This document shows positions 1-9,786 of a stretch of 64,000 nt of DNA, in pieces. This stretch comes from Clostridia bacterium (GTDB taxonomy: Bacteria > Bacillota > Clostridia > UBA1212 > DUPL01), in the NCBI GenBank assembly GCA_050951325.1, contig JBMNIW010000006.1:81036-145035 (forward strand), written 5' to 3'. The notes beneath the pieces were generated by a model. The model made no database searches. It was not told where the DNA came from and was given only the letters and a program-made list of their open reading frames with translations. A program made the position numbers and the translations under genes. Every line of letters starts with the position of its first letter. Position 1 is the first letter of the stretch.

Positions 1-99
1 GCGGCAATTGCCCTTGCGTCGTTTTCCGCAAAAAGTGCGGCACTAAGCCCCAAAGAAATGGCAAAGTTGCAGAAAAAGATTGAATATTTCAAAGATTAA
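1..99 (+). CDS. 3' end of a gene entering from the left (hydrophobic stretch then charged tail, possibly a transporter C-terminus)
   Basis: Frame 1 reads AAIALASFSAKSAALSPKEMAKLQKKIEYFKD to TAA at 97-99; a hairpin follows at 159-179. Confidence 0.45.
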   Translation, partial: AAIALASFSAKSAALSPKEMAKLQKKIEYFKD

Positions 100-158
100 A
101 GTAAAGATAAGTATGCAAAATTGGAGTTAGAGAAGGAACCTGAAGTAAATTAGAAAGA

Positions 159-179
159 GCTGTTGCCAATTGCAACAGC
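159..179. terminator. Bidirectional intrinsic terminator
   Basis: GCTGTTGC-CAATT-GCAACAGC hairpin between convergent genes. Confidence 0.7.
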
Positions 180-186
180 CCCTTTA

Positions 187-1203
187 TTAATAACTGTAAT
201 CCACATTATTCTTTGGTTCCATATCAAAATCAAACGGGAACTCAATATATTCCGTACCATATAGTCCTGAGATATAATGGTGTTTGACTTGCAAATCCTC
301 AAACATCCATTTCTTTGTCTCATCTGTTCTGAACTGTTTGTTGGTGTTCGCCCAAACCCATTCAGGTATAGGCCACAAACATACCTTTGGATTAATCTTC
401 ACATAATGTGCTTTCTGAAGACCAGCCTGACCATGGTGGGACATCTGCACCATGTCACTTTGTATGGTATCTTTATACTCCCTTATTAGCTTTGAGCCAG
501 CTTCCGCACCCGCATCACCTGTGAACAGAACTGTCTGGCCCTCAACTTCCATGCGGAAGATAAGGGATGAGTTGTTTATGGGATTGGCTGTAATTTTCTC
601 ATCAGGCACCTGAAGAATTTCAAACTTAACATTGTCTACTTCAATGATGTCGCCAACCTGGACACCCTCATATTCCTGATATGCATTTTCACCGAACAGA
701 GTGTTATATGCAGCTCTGAATCTGTCCATGTATGGTTCACCATTGGGTTCATACTTGGCTATGAACTCATCAGACGGGAAATTGAAGTACACATTGTTTA
801 CAGTAAACTTATCATTCTTTTGTTCCACCATCTTTACAAACTCATAGTAATGATCGTAATGGGCATGGGAGATGAACCAGGCATCGATAACCGGATGTTC
901 CTCTCCACTAATCTCCTGCAACTCTTCCAAAAGATAAGCAGGAGCATTCAATCCATGACCATCAATTCCTCCGTCAATAACAATGAGCTTGTTGTTTTTT
1001 GTCTTAATGACGTAACACATCATAAGGCTAAGTTTTTCAGGAACCACCTGATAAAGAATGGTCTTGCCTTCAACCTCGCTGGTTGATTCCGGTGTTGCTG
1101 TAGCCTCAGGATCACTGTCATTCTTTTTGTTATTCACATCGCAAGATGCTAATGTAAATATGAATACTAAACTAAGAACCAAAGATAAAACTCTTTTCAA
1201 CAT
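187..1203 (-). CDS. MBL-fold metallo-hydrolase lipoprotein (ComEC/Rec2-like subgroup)
   Basis: Lipobox LASC; HxHxDH motif (SHAHYDH); NNSS, LFTGDA and SHHG motifs. Confidence 0.85.
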   Translation of the reverse strand: MLKRVLSLVLSLVFIFTLASCDVNNKKNDSDPEATATPESTSEVEGKTILYQVVPEKLSLMMCYVIKTKNNKLIVIDGGIDGHGLNAPAYLLEELQEISGEEHPVIDAWFISHAHYDHYYEFVKMVEQKNDKFTVNNVYFNFPSDEFIAKYEPNGEPYMDRFRAAYNTLFGENAYQEYEGVQVGDIIEVDNVKFEILQVPDEKITANPINNSSLIFRMEVEGQTVLFTGDAGAEAGSKLIREYKDTIQSDMVQMSHHGQAGLQKAHYVKINPKVCLWPIPEWVWANTNKQFRTDETKKWMFEDLQVKHHYISGLYGTEYIEFPFDFDMEPKNNVDYSY

Positions 1204-1230
1204 TTTTCTACCTCACCTAACTAATTCGAT

Positions 1231-3078
1231 TCATTTATACCATGTCATGGCTTCTTCCATGTATTTTATGAAATACCCATTACTTCCGCTGCGCTCTTTT
1301 GCAAAGGATGCAAGAGAATCATCACCATACACAGCATTCTTCCAAATATCAAAATTCGTATGGGCAGTCCATTCCCATTTTCCTCTGTTAAACATATGAA
1401 ATCTCATTTCAGGAGCTACTGCCTTGTAAATATCATCAAGCTCTTCAATCATAACATTAGGCGGCAAAAGCTCTGTTGCAAGTTTTATGCAGTAGTCTCT
1501 AAACTGCTCCCTGAAATCATCTTCCCTCAAACAGAAATCAAATATCCTTTGTGTAATCAAAGAGTCCGGATACTTATCCCATTCCACGTAAGGGAAGCCA
1601 GAGTGATCTTGGATTTTAATAAAGTTTGCCAGAGTAAACCTGAAGTTCTTGGAATCTGCCCTTGTGTAAAGCTCAACAGGCGCACTAGGTTCGTATGAAG
1701 CCAGAATGTATCTTCCCAAGCCAAGGTCCTGATCCTTGAACATGAACCTCCATCTTCCATCCCTGACAGTTCCTTCTTCCTTGTTTGGTCCTGCATACCT
1801 CCACACCTTTACATTATTATGAGGCCAGTCGGTATTGCAAATAAACAGGTTGAAGGCATAAAACTCGATTATGTTCTGTATGTCGAACTGTTCAGTCAAC
1901 TCCCTGTACGTAATCCATCGGTTACTAATATCAAACCCAATGTTGGTAAAATCTCTAACCTGATCCCCAGGGCCGCTGTCCTGCACGTAGTAGAACCACA
2001 ATCCATCATACCTTCCTCCCCTGGTAACATCCAGCTCGGAAGAGATTATTGCAATATTCTCCACATCTTCAATATCATAAATATTCTTGATATAATCCTC
2101 GTCCTGTCTCTCCCTTATGTTCAGAATACCATAATATCCCCCATTCAGGTAGACAACACAAGGCCTGTAAGACATGGTGTCCACATTTGGAGTAGCAACC
2201 TGAGACATCCTGGCTGCCCAGCCATCCCTAAGATGTGTAGCCCTGTCTCCCTCCACACCTGAAATCAGCGAATCATTTCCACCATTACGCAGTATAAAGC
2301 TGTTGTAAACAGTAAGAACTTCTCCATTTGCCTTCTTCCTGCCGGGGAATATTTCATAGCTGAACTCCCTGGCACCATCATATTTGTCAGTGTTGAAATA
2401 TCCGGTTTCTCTAGCAGATATTCTCAAGGATTTCTGAGGCAGACCCCTTGAGCTTCCACCAAACAGTCTAATGCCCGCATCCTGGGAAAATCCCAAGGTT
2501 CCGTCATTTTCAAAGAACTGAATATGAACCGGTCTTTCCCATTCCCTGCCTTTGTTCTGCCAGTTAACAAATATTCCATTCCTGTTGTTATGAAGATGTT
2601 TATCTTCAGTTACCAGTGAAATTACCGGCATGGTGTATCTTGATTCCTTGTCAGACGTTTTTATGTATGTAGCGGTGGATATCTTGCCCACCATCTCGCC
2701 CTTAATGTTAAAGACAGCCGCTCTGACAACAGTCACAAAGTCACCATTCGATTCGGTGTAAAGTTTTCCTGGAATTCTGACACCTTTTGTCGAGTCGTAC
2801 AGAATCCCCCTCTCCATCGTAGGCTCGCTGCCGTCCATTGTGTAGTATATGCTATGGCCTTTGACTGCATACATGTCGGGGAAATAGATCTTTAGTGTAA
2901 AGTCCCTTTCGTAAAATCCTCCCACATCTGAAAAAACAGGTCGCTGCAAATCAAAGGTCTCAGGATAGTTGCCTGTACCATTGTTCTCTTTTGGTATCTC
3001 CTTTATATCCTTGCACGCTACCAAGAGTGCAATCAACAATACGATAACGGCAATAAGTACTATCTTTGTCCTTGACAA
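1231..3078 (-). CDS. CotH-family kinase lipoprotein with an N-terminal Fn3-associated/chitobiase-like domain
   Basis: Lipobox LVAC; IYYTMDGSEPT; GIRLFGGSSR..PQKSL, VYLNGGYYG, NTDWPHNN and RWRFMFKDQD motifs. Confidence 0.85.
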   Translation of the reverse strand: MSRTKIVLIAVIVLLIALLVACKDIKEIPKENNGTGNYPETFDLQRPVFSDVGGFYERDFTLKIYFPDMYAVKGHSIYYTMDGSEPTMERGILYDSTKGVRIPGKLYTESNGDFVTVVRAAVFNIKGEMVGKISTATYIKTSDKESRYTMPVISLVTEDKHLHNNRNGIFVNWQNKGREWERPVHIQFFENDGTLGFSQDAGIRLFGGSSRGLPQKSLRISARETGYFNTDKYDGAREFSYEIFPGRKKANGEVLTVYNSFILRNGGNDSLISGVEGDRATHLRDGWAARMSQVATPNVDTMSYRPCVVYLNGGYYGILNIRERQDEDYIKNIYDIEDVENIAIISSELDVTRGGRYDGLWFYYVQDSGPGDQVRDFTNIGFDISNRWITYRELTEQFDIQNIIEFYAFNLFICNTDWPHNNVKVWRYAGPNKEEGTVRDGRWRFMFKDQDLGLGRYILASYEPSAPVELYTRADSKNFRFTLANFIKIQDHSGFPYVEWDKYPDSLITQRIFDFCLREDDFREQFRDYCIKLATELLPPNVMIEELDDIYKAVAPEMRFHMFNRGKWEWTAHTNFDIWKNAVYGDDSLASFAKERSGSNGYFIKYMEEAMTWYK

Positions 3079-5618
3079 ACCAGATCTTCCTCCTCAAACA
3101 ATTGAATTTCGCCAAACAATCCGGACATTAGCATTTTTCTGTCCGAATCTATGCGCTGCGGAATGTCAAACATTTTTTCCATGTCTTTTGTTCCAATATA
3201 TCTATTTACAACAGTGTTTTGTACATAAACGTATAGAATATGCCTGCCTTCCTCCACCACTCCCAAATCAACCTTGAAAGGAGCAAAGGAAATCTTTTCC
3301 CCTTCCTGAAGAGGATTAACTCTTTTATCAAGGGAACAGACAAGGCAATGTCCTACCTTTCCAAAATCAACAAAAGCCCTTTTGCCCTTCCATTCAAACT
3401 CAATCTCATATTCGACAAAGCCTGATTGTCCGGGATAACCCAAATCCGCCCACGAGGGCAGTTTTCTCGAATCCGTAATGTATCTTGTGCCATTCGGCAA
3501 GTTTATTGTAACACATTTTATTGAATCTTTGACAACTTTCAGTTTTAATTTTTTCTCTGCATCCAGTTTTGCATTGGAAACAATATAGCACTTGAGCTCC
3601 CCAGGCTCAAAAACACTCCTCACCACCCGTTTGGATTCTGAGAAGATACTGTCTTCCACATACATCTTGCCTGTATTCATATCTATGGAATAAACCTTTA
3701 CATCATCACCCGTTACTCTGAAAGATAACTCACAATCACACTTTCTTGCAGACTCGTTAAGAAAGAGATAAACAAGTCTATCTTTGTCTCTTCTCACACA
3801 CATGGACACTTGCTTGTTATCGCTCTTTAAAGATACGGTAGGCCGTACATACTCATCAAGAAGAAAATAATCCGAACAGAGAATAAATTCATTTGCATAC
3901 CTCTGCAAAATTGATATTACATTCCCACCACTTTTCACAAACCTTTTAAGTCTTACCATGACTTTATCATCAATTGTGGCACCAGGAGGAATTATTATTG
4001 TACGAATAACCTGACCTTTAGCTGTGACAAATCCCTCATCTATTTTCAGCTCACATATAGCTTCATCCCATATATAATCAAAGTCGCAGGGCATGTATGC
4101 TAGTATCCTTGCTATCCTGTCAACCTCATCATATGGAAGAATTGAATTCATATTGTGTGCATCATTGTCCCTTATCAAATGTGCATATATGTCCCTCATC
4201 GGAATGTATACTGCAAGGTCGGATGCAGGCGTACCCGCATTTGCCAGCCCGATTGCCCTTTTTACATGCTCATTTACATTTCTTCCATGCAAATCATTAA
4301 TGTAATTGCCAGGCTTGAACAAGTCATACGTATCTTCTTCATAATCAATACTTGATATCATATTAAAGAATGTATCAATTCCTCGAATCACCTGATGCTC
4401 CATAAGGTATCTCATCCTGTCTGGGGAATGAGCTATTCCCATTATCGCAAAAGTTTCACTCATGGCAGAGTTTTTGCCATAAAGGCGTTTGCAGGACCCA
4501 GCAAACCTTGGAAAATCATAAAATGTGTCAATATCAATATTGCTGCCTATCACATCAATACCAGGAGAATCATTGTAATAACTGTTTTTAAAGAAATGAC
4601 CACTTACCGACGCAAGAGTTTTTGTATGATTATCCATGTCCTGATGTCCTACCGACAAGACTCCTCTTTTATGGCAGTACTTCTGTATCTCACCATAGAA
4701 GTTTTCTGCTACCAGATCGGTCCATACGTCAAAGTAATCAAATACCAGGTTTTTAATAATCAAATCTGCCTCATGGTAACCGGGATGATAGAAATTTCCA
4801 GCATATGCCATAAGAATAGGAAGATTGTCCCTTAAGTCATATCCTTTTCTTTTAATAAACTCGTTCTCAAAACCTTGCGTCCATGGAAAATCAAAGCAAA
4901 CCTCAGGCTCATCATAGAAAAACCCTTTTATTACCGTACCGAAATAATCCTTCAATTCATCATAAAATTTTTCATGTACGACCTTAATAAATCTACTTGC
5001 CGCTTCCTTGTTCATTAAATCAGGAGTACCCAAACTGAAATTTAAAGGATCATTCGTTATAGGAACATGGGAAATAAATGATACGTACTCCCAGGTTACC
5101 AATATGACTCTTTCATACCCCTTGCTTGTGTACTTAACAATATCACCTGTTGAATTTTCTTCTGCAATATCGTTACAACGGCCTGCAGGCGCATAAAAAC
5201 CATAACGGTTCACTGGAATACTCTTCAATGAAACCGTCCTGTCAGGTATCTCAATACTAATTGTCTCGCCAGGTTCCAGAAATCTATCGTAAGATACGTG
5301 AAGTTTCTTGGCTCTTAACTCCTTGTTCTCACAGACAAGACCTGCCGCCACGCAGCTAGGATATCCCCATTCATCAAAAATCCAAACTTCCAAGTCAAGT
5401 TTTTTGGCTTCCTCCACCAATACTCTAGCAGAGGCCAACAGTTTATCGTACCAGTAATCAGGCAAAACGGGGGAGTCAACAGGATTTGAAAAGATTAAAG
5501 CAAATCCTCCAAAACCTCTATCCTTACACCAGCCAACCCATTTTCTCATGTCGCCTTCGCTTTTATTAAAGTCTACATTGAGGTTAATCAATGGACCTGA
5601 AAATTCGGTGCGAACCAT
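3060..5618 (-). CDS. Glycoside hydrolase, GH106 (alpha-L-rhamnosidase)-like, no signal peptide
   Basis: WIFDEWGYPS, GFFYDEP, PGID and SETFA motifs; 852 aa. Confidence 0.7.
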   Translation of the reverse strand: MVRTEFSGPLINLNVDFNKSEGDMRKWVGWCKDRGFGGFALIFSNPVDSPVLPDYWYDKLLASARVLVEEAKKLDLEVWIFDEWGYPSCVAAGLVCENKELRAKKLHVSYDRFLEPGETISIEIPDRTVSLKSIPVNRYGFYAPAGRCNDIAEENSTGDIVKYTSKGYERVILVTWEYVSFISHVPITNDPLNFSLGTPDLMNKEAASRFIKVVHEKFYDELKDYFGTVIKGFFYDEPEVCFDFPWTQGFENEFIKRKGYDLRDNLPILMAYAGNFYHPGYHEADLIIKNLVFDYFDVWTDLVAENFYGEIQKYCHKRGVLSVGHQDMDNHTKTLASVSGHFFKNSYYNDSPGIDVIGSNIDIDTFYDFPRFAGSCKRLYGKNSAMSETFAIMGIAHSPDRMRYLMEHQVIRGIDTFFNMISSIDYEEDTYDLFKPGNYINDLHGRNVNEHVKRAIGLANAGTPASDLAVYIPMRDIYAHLIRDNDAHNMNSILPYDEVDRIARILAYMPCDFDYIWDEAICELKIDEGFVTAKGQVIRTIIIPPGATIDDKVMVRLKRFVKSGGNVISILQRYANEFILCSDYFLLDEYVRPTVSLKSDNKQVSMCVRRDKDRLVYLFLNESARKCDCELSFRVTGDDVKVYSIDMNTGKMYVEDSIFSESKRVVRSVFEPGELKCYIVSNAKLDAEKKLKLKVVKDSIKCVTINLPNGTRYITDSRKLPSWADLGYPGQSGFVEYEIEFEWKGKRAFVDFGKVGHCLVCSLDKRVNPLQEGEKISFAPFKVDLGVVEEGRHILYVYVQNTVVNRYIGTKDMEKMFDIPQRIDSDRKMLMSGLFGEIQLFEEEDLVCQGQR

Positions 5619-5649
5619 CCTTTATCCCCCGCATGCTTTTCTAAAACTA

Positions 5650-5678
5650 ATGATAACACAACGAAAAATGTACGTCAA
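5650..5678 (-). promoter_or_regulatory. SigA-type promoter for the GH-CotH-MBL genes
   Basis: Minus strand TTGACG-17 bp-TATCAT with TG extension; adjacent palindrome TAACAA-A-TTGTTA at 5681-5693. Confidence 0.55.
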
Positions 5679-5706
5679 TTTAACAAATTGTTACGATAGC
5701 ATAAAC

Positions 5707-7056
5707 TTACGTTCCCAATCTGCTTTCAATCAATGCCGCTAATAGCTCAGCCTTGTGTTTAATGTACGCCGTGTTCTCTCCTTCAATCATAACCCTTACA
5801 AGAGGCTCTGTGCCTGAGGGTCTTATCAATACCCTTCCGTTCTCACCAAATTCATCCTCAAGACTTCTGCACATTGCTGCAATGTCATCATCTTCCATAA
5901 ACTTGTGTTTCAAGCTGTCTCTGACTTTTGCATTAACAACTACTTGTGGGAAACGTGTAAAGACCGAGGCCAAATCGGAAAGCCTGCAGCCTTCATTTTT
6001 TAACACCCTTACAAGCTGCACAGCAGTTATGAGTCCGTCCCCTGTAGTGTTGTGCTGTAGCATAATGACATGTCCTGACTGCTCTCCACCAATTATGCAA
6101 CCTGATCTAAGCATTTCTTCAAGAACATATCTGTCGCCTACCTGGGTCTTTACGACATTAATACCGTGCTTCTTGGCAAAAACATCTACTCCCATGTTGC
6201 TCATTACGGTAACTACAATGGTATTGTTTACAAGAAGACCTTTCTTTTTCAAATCCAAAGACAGGATAGTTATAATGGCGTCTCCGTCCACAACCTCTCC
6301 ATTTTCATCAACGCAAATAAGTCTGTCCGCATCACCATCGAATGCCAGGCCTAAATCCGCACCTGTTTCCCTTACTTTTTGACTAATATATTTTGTATTA
6401 CCTGAACCGCACTTCTTATTTATATTTAAGCCATCCGGATTGTCGTTCATTACAATAATCTCGGCACCCAGACGTCTAAACAATTCTGGAGCTACCTTGC
6501 AGCTTGCTCCGTTGGCACAATCCAATACAATCTTCAAACCTGAAAAGTCCACATCCACTGTGCTTTCCACATACTTTATATAATCCTCCCCCGCAGTATT
6601 CAATACTTTCCTACGGCCTACATTCTCAGCAAACGGGAAGTCTGTGCCAGAGTCGTCATGAACCAGCTTCTCAATCATGTCTTCAGTTTCATCCAGAAGC
6701 TTGTGCCCTTGATCACTAAAAAACTTAATACCGTTAAACTCAAAACTGTTGTGGGAAGCAGAAATCATGATTCCAGCGTCCGCCTCATACAGCCTTGTCA
6801 AATATGCCACTGCAGGAGTTGGAACTACTCCAAGACAAATAGCTGATGCGCCCGTAGAGCATATTCCGCTTACAAGGGCGCATTCAAGCATGTCGCAGGA
6901 AATTCTCGTATCACATGCAACTACAATATTTGGTCTTCTAAAAGTACTTTGAGCAAGCACTATCGCACCTGCTCTACCCAACTTGTACGCCAAAAGGGGG
7001 GTAAGGTCCCTGTTGGCAACGCCTCTTACACCATCAGTACCGAACAATCTCGCCAT
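5707..7056 (-). CDS. glmM: Phosphoglucosamine mutase
   Basis: LFGTDGVRG, ISASHN (catalytic Ser), DGDADR, GGEQSGH, RPSGTEP. Confidence 0.97.
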   Translation of the reverse strand: MARLFGTDGVRGVANRDLTPLLAYKLGRAGAIVLAQSTFRRPNIVVACDTRISCDMLECALVSGICSTGASAICLGVVPTPAVAYLTRLYEADAGIMISASHNSFEFNGIKFFSDQGHKLLDETEDMIEKLVHDDSGTDFPFAENVGRRKVLNTAGEDYIKYVESTVDVDFSGLKIVLDCANGASCKVAPELFRRLGAEIIVMNDNPDGLNINKKCGSGNTKYISQKVRETGADLGLAFDGDADRLICVDENGEVVDGDAIITILSLDLKKKGLLVNNTIVVTVMSNMGVDVFAKKHGINVVKTQVGDRYVLEEMLRSGCIIGGEQSGHVIMLQHNTTGDGLITAVQLVRVLKNEGCRLSDLASVFTRFPQVVVNAKVRDSLKHKFMEDDDIAAMCRSLEDEFGENGRVLIRPSGTEPLVRVMIEGENTAYIKHKAELLAALIESRLGT

Positions 7057-7080
7057 GCACGATCACCTGCATCCCCTCTG

Positions 7081-7812
7081 TTACTTTTTCAAATAGGTCG
7101 CGGCATCCTCGTCCACAATAACTGTAACGTCACTGTGTTTCTGAAGCGCCGATGCAGGCATTTTGGGGTCGACAGGACCGTGAATTGCTTCATATACTGC
7201 CTTTGCCTTGTTCTTGCCCGACACAATCATTAATATTTTCTTTGCACGCAGGATGGAACCAATGCCCATTGTAACCGCTCTTTTTGGAACTTCATCAATT
7301 GAATTGAAGAATCTGGAATTATCCTTTATTGTCGATTCTGTAAGATCCACAGTATGAGTTATATCGCTGAATTCGTCTGCCGGTTCGTTAAATCCAATAT
7401 GACCATTGGAACCTATTCCCAAAAGCTGAAGATCAATGCCTCCAGCCCTTTCTATCATCGCTTCATATTCCTGGCAGTATGCATCATAATCCGTCTCTGT
7501 ACCGCTGGGGATGTGGGCGTTTGTGTTTACTATATTGATGTGATTAAACAGATTTTCATACATGAAATATGCAAAACTCTGATCGTGGTTTTTGTCAAGT
7601 CCAATATATTCATCCAAGTTAAATGTTACAACATCACTAAAATCTATTTCCTTGTTTGTATTCATTTTTATTAGATTTTTGTACGTTCCAACAGGTGTGC
7701 TTCCTGTGGCAAGACCCAAAACAAAATTCTTCTTCTTTTTCATCTCTTCGGCAATAAATTCCGCCGCCTTTATGCTCATTTCATCATAATCCTTGCACAC
7801 AATTACTTTCAT
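7081..7812 (-). CDS. nagB: Glucosamine-6-phosphate deaminase
   Basis: LGLATGSTP, FNLDEY, GIGSNGHIGFNEP; start moved to ATG 7812 behind an SD. Confidence 0.96.
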   Translation of the reverse strand: MKVIVCKDYDEMSIKAAEFIAEEMKKKKNFVLGLATGSTPVGTYKNLIKMNTNKEIDFSDVVTFNLDEYIGLDKNHDQSFAYFMYENLFNHINIVNTNAHIPSGTETDYDAYCQEYEAMIERAGGIDLQLLGIGSNGHIGFNEPADEFSDITHTVDLTESTIKDNSRFFNSIDEVPKRAVTMGIGSILRAKKILMIVSGKNKAKAVYEAIHGPVDPKMPASALQKHSDVTVIVDEDAATYLKK

Positions 7813-7886
7813 AAAAACATCCCTTTCTTTTAAAAATCTACCCATATATATTATCACAATTGTGCAATACCATCAATAATTGAGAA

Positions 7887-7911
7887 AACGCCGGCCCTTT
7901 CAGCCGGCGTT
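7887..7911 (-). terminator. Intrinsic terminator overlapping the stop of 7900-8778
   Basis: AACGCCGGC...GCCGGCGTT stem. Confidence 0.55.
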
Positions 7912-8778
7912 CTCTTCATTTGCTTGTTGAAGCAGTTCATAAATTTTCTTGTTCAACGGGTACTCCATATCCACGTATACCCTCTTTCTTTCTTGTGTTT
8001 CCTTGTCTTCCCGGACACAGATTATTAGCGTCCCCTCTGGTGAATACTGAAAATACACAATATTTTTATCAGTTTCGAATCCGAATACAGGCAAAAGATT
8101 GGTTTCAGGTGGAATGTCATAATCTCCAAGCAATCTCCAAAATTCATTTTGAGGCAGCTGGCATAATTTGACCAGTTCCTCATCCGAATTAAGAATGGCA
8201 TCCCTTCTTTCCCTGAATTCCTTTTCCTCCTGGATAACCTTCTGGATAGCTTCCCTTACTTCTTCAAGATTTAAAGGAGCATTGATTTCCCGGACAAAGA
8301 ATCTGTCCTCATGCATGTTCCCGGCTTCATCAAAGTTGTCAATATCGACCAGTTTGTAAAGCTTTCCATCCTTGAACAGAAGCAAAAGTTCATCATCAGG
8401 AAACACCCAAACATCTTCAATTTCACAAACAGGTTTTCCAACCAGTGCTCGCACTTCCTCCTTTGTCAATTCATCATGGATAACCGGCTCATACTTTCTT
8501 TCAACACAGTCATCAAAATTGCAGCTTAACTTTGCATACATTAAAAGGCGGTAATTGCTTTCACCACTCTTCTCAAGTTTACAATCAGCAAGCAATTCAT
8601 CAAGCCACTTCTTCAAATCTTCTTCAGACATCTCTTCGTTCTTTTGTGGTTCTTCCGTCTCCACGACCTGCATTGACATGAAGGGCAGACTCTTGCCATT
8701 TATGAAGCAAGCAACAAGTGCGGCACCTGTTATCAGCGCAAAAGTAATCAGTAAAACCTTTTTCATGTCAATCATCAC
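7900..8778 (-). CDS. Hypothetical exported or lipoprotein
   Basis: 292-aa ORF; N-terminal hydrophobic segment ending in LVAC; no recognised family. Confidence 0.7.
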   Translation of the reverse strand: MMIDMKKVLLITFALITGAALVACFINGKSLPFMSMQVVETEEPQKNEEMSEEDLKKWLDELLADCKLEKSGESNYRLLMYAKLSCNFDDCVERKYEPVIHDELTKEEVRALVGKPVCEIEDVWVFPDDELLLLFKDGKLYKLVDIDNFDEAGNMHEDRFFVREINAPLNLEEVREAIQKVIQEEKEFRERRDAILNSDEELVKLCQLPQNEFWRLLGDYDIPPETNLLPVFGFETDKNIVYFQYSPEGTLIICVREDKETQERKRVYVDMEYPLNKKIYELLQQANEENAG

Positions 8779-8890
8779 CCTTTCTATAATTGTAAAAGTG
8801 CTTTTTCGTCCATATTTGCAATATAATTATACTCCTTTTTACGAAAAATGCCAACAAGAAAAGCTGGCAAATACCGGCACTTTCATAAAA

Positions 8891-9751
8891 TTATTTATAT
8901 CCCTTCACAACAATTTCATCAACCAGTGATGCGCAGTAGTGGTTGAAAAACAGGAAGGATCCCTCCTCCTGCAGCATGTTTTCTTCCCTCCAAATCTCAT
9001 TACCATCATGGTCATGAATGACCAGTTCCTCACCTTCAAATGTGACTTTTAGAATAAGGTAATAGTCCTCTTCCGCAGTGTTCATGTAATATGCAATAAC
9101 ATCACCACAATCGACTACCGTAACGGTATGATTCTCTGTAAAATCCTCAGGCAGATCAATGGTAAAATACTTCAGATTCCACTGCTCCCCATGATACACT
9201 CCTCCACCTCCAGGATAGACATGGGCTTTTGCATCCTTGTTAAAAGCAACCCAGAAGTATCCTATCTTGTCTGCAATAGTGACGTTACCTTCCGGTCCCC
9301 GACATCCAACAAACAGCGAAGACCATGGACTTGTGCCAGAAGAAGCAGAGAATGTAACCGACATTTGATACTGGCTGTGCTCAACACCCAGCTGATAATC
9401 CACTATCGGGCTGTAGGCCGACCAATGCTCTGTAATTATCAGCTTGCCATCTTCAACGGCCATATAACTTCCTTGCAGAGTGAGGTAGTTGCCAAAATCC
9501 TCCTCGTCAAAAGTGTCCTTGAAAAGCTCCTCCGCATCTTCCTGAGGAAATCCCTTCTTGTCTTCAGGAATGGGCTCCACCGTTGGTTTTGGTGTTGGGG
9601 TTGGAGTCGGTTCTGGTGTAGGCGCTTTGGTTGCAACTTCAGTAGGCTCGGGTGTTTCCTTCGGTCCTGTATCCTCTTTGTCACATGCTGTAAAAACCAA
9701 AGCAGCAACCACCAATAGTGATAAAAGAAAAAGATATAGTTTTCGTTTCAT
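8891..9751 (-). CDS. Hypothetical lipoprotein with Pro/Thr linker (paralog of 9787-10650)
   Basis: Lipobox FTAC; PT linker; acidic beta-rich domain. Confidence 0.85.
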   Translation of the reverse strand: MKRKLYLFLLSLLVVAALVFTACDKEDTGPKETPEPTEVATKAPTPEPTPTPTPKPTVEPIPEDKKGFPQEDAEELFKDTFDEEDFGNYLTLQGSYMAVEDGKLIITEHWSAYSPIVDYQLGVEHSQYQMSVTFSASSGTSPWSSLFVGCRGPEGNVTIADKIGYFWVAFNKDAKAHVYPGGGGVYHGEQWNLKYFTIDLPEDFTENHTVTVVDCGDVIAYYMNTAEEDYYLILKVTFEGEELVIHDHDGNEIWREENMLQEEGSFLFFNHYCASLVDEIVVKGYK

Positions 9752-9786
9752 TAAAGACCTCCGTTCATCAGATGCAAGAATACCAA

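Noticed and set aside
187-1203. MBL protein as a beta-lactamase or as ComEC
   Set aside because: It has ComEC-like subgroup motifs rather than class B beta-lactamase ones, and lacks the ComEC membrane domain.
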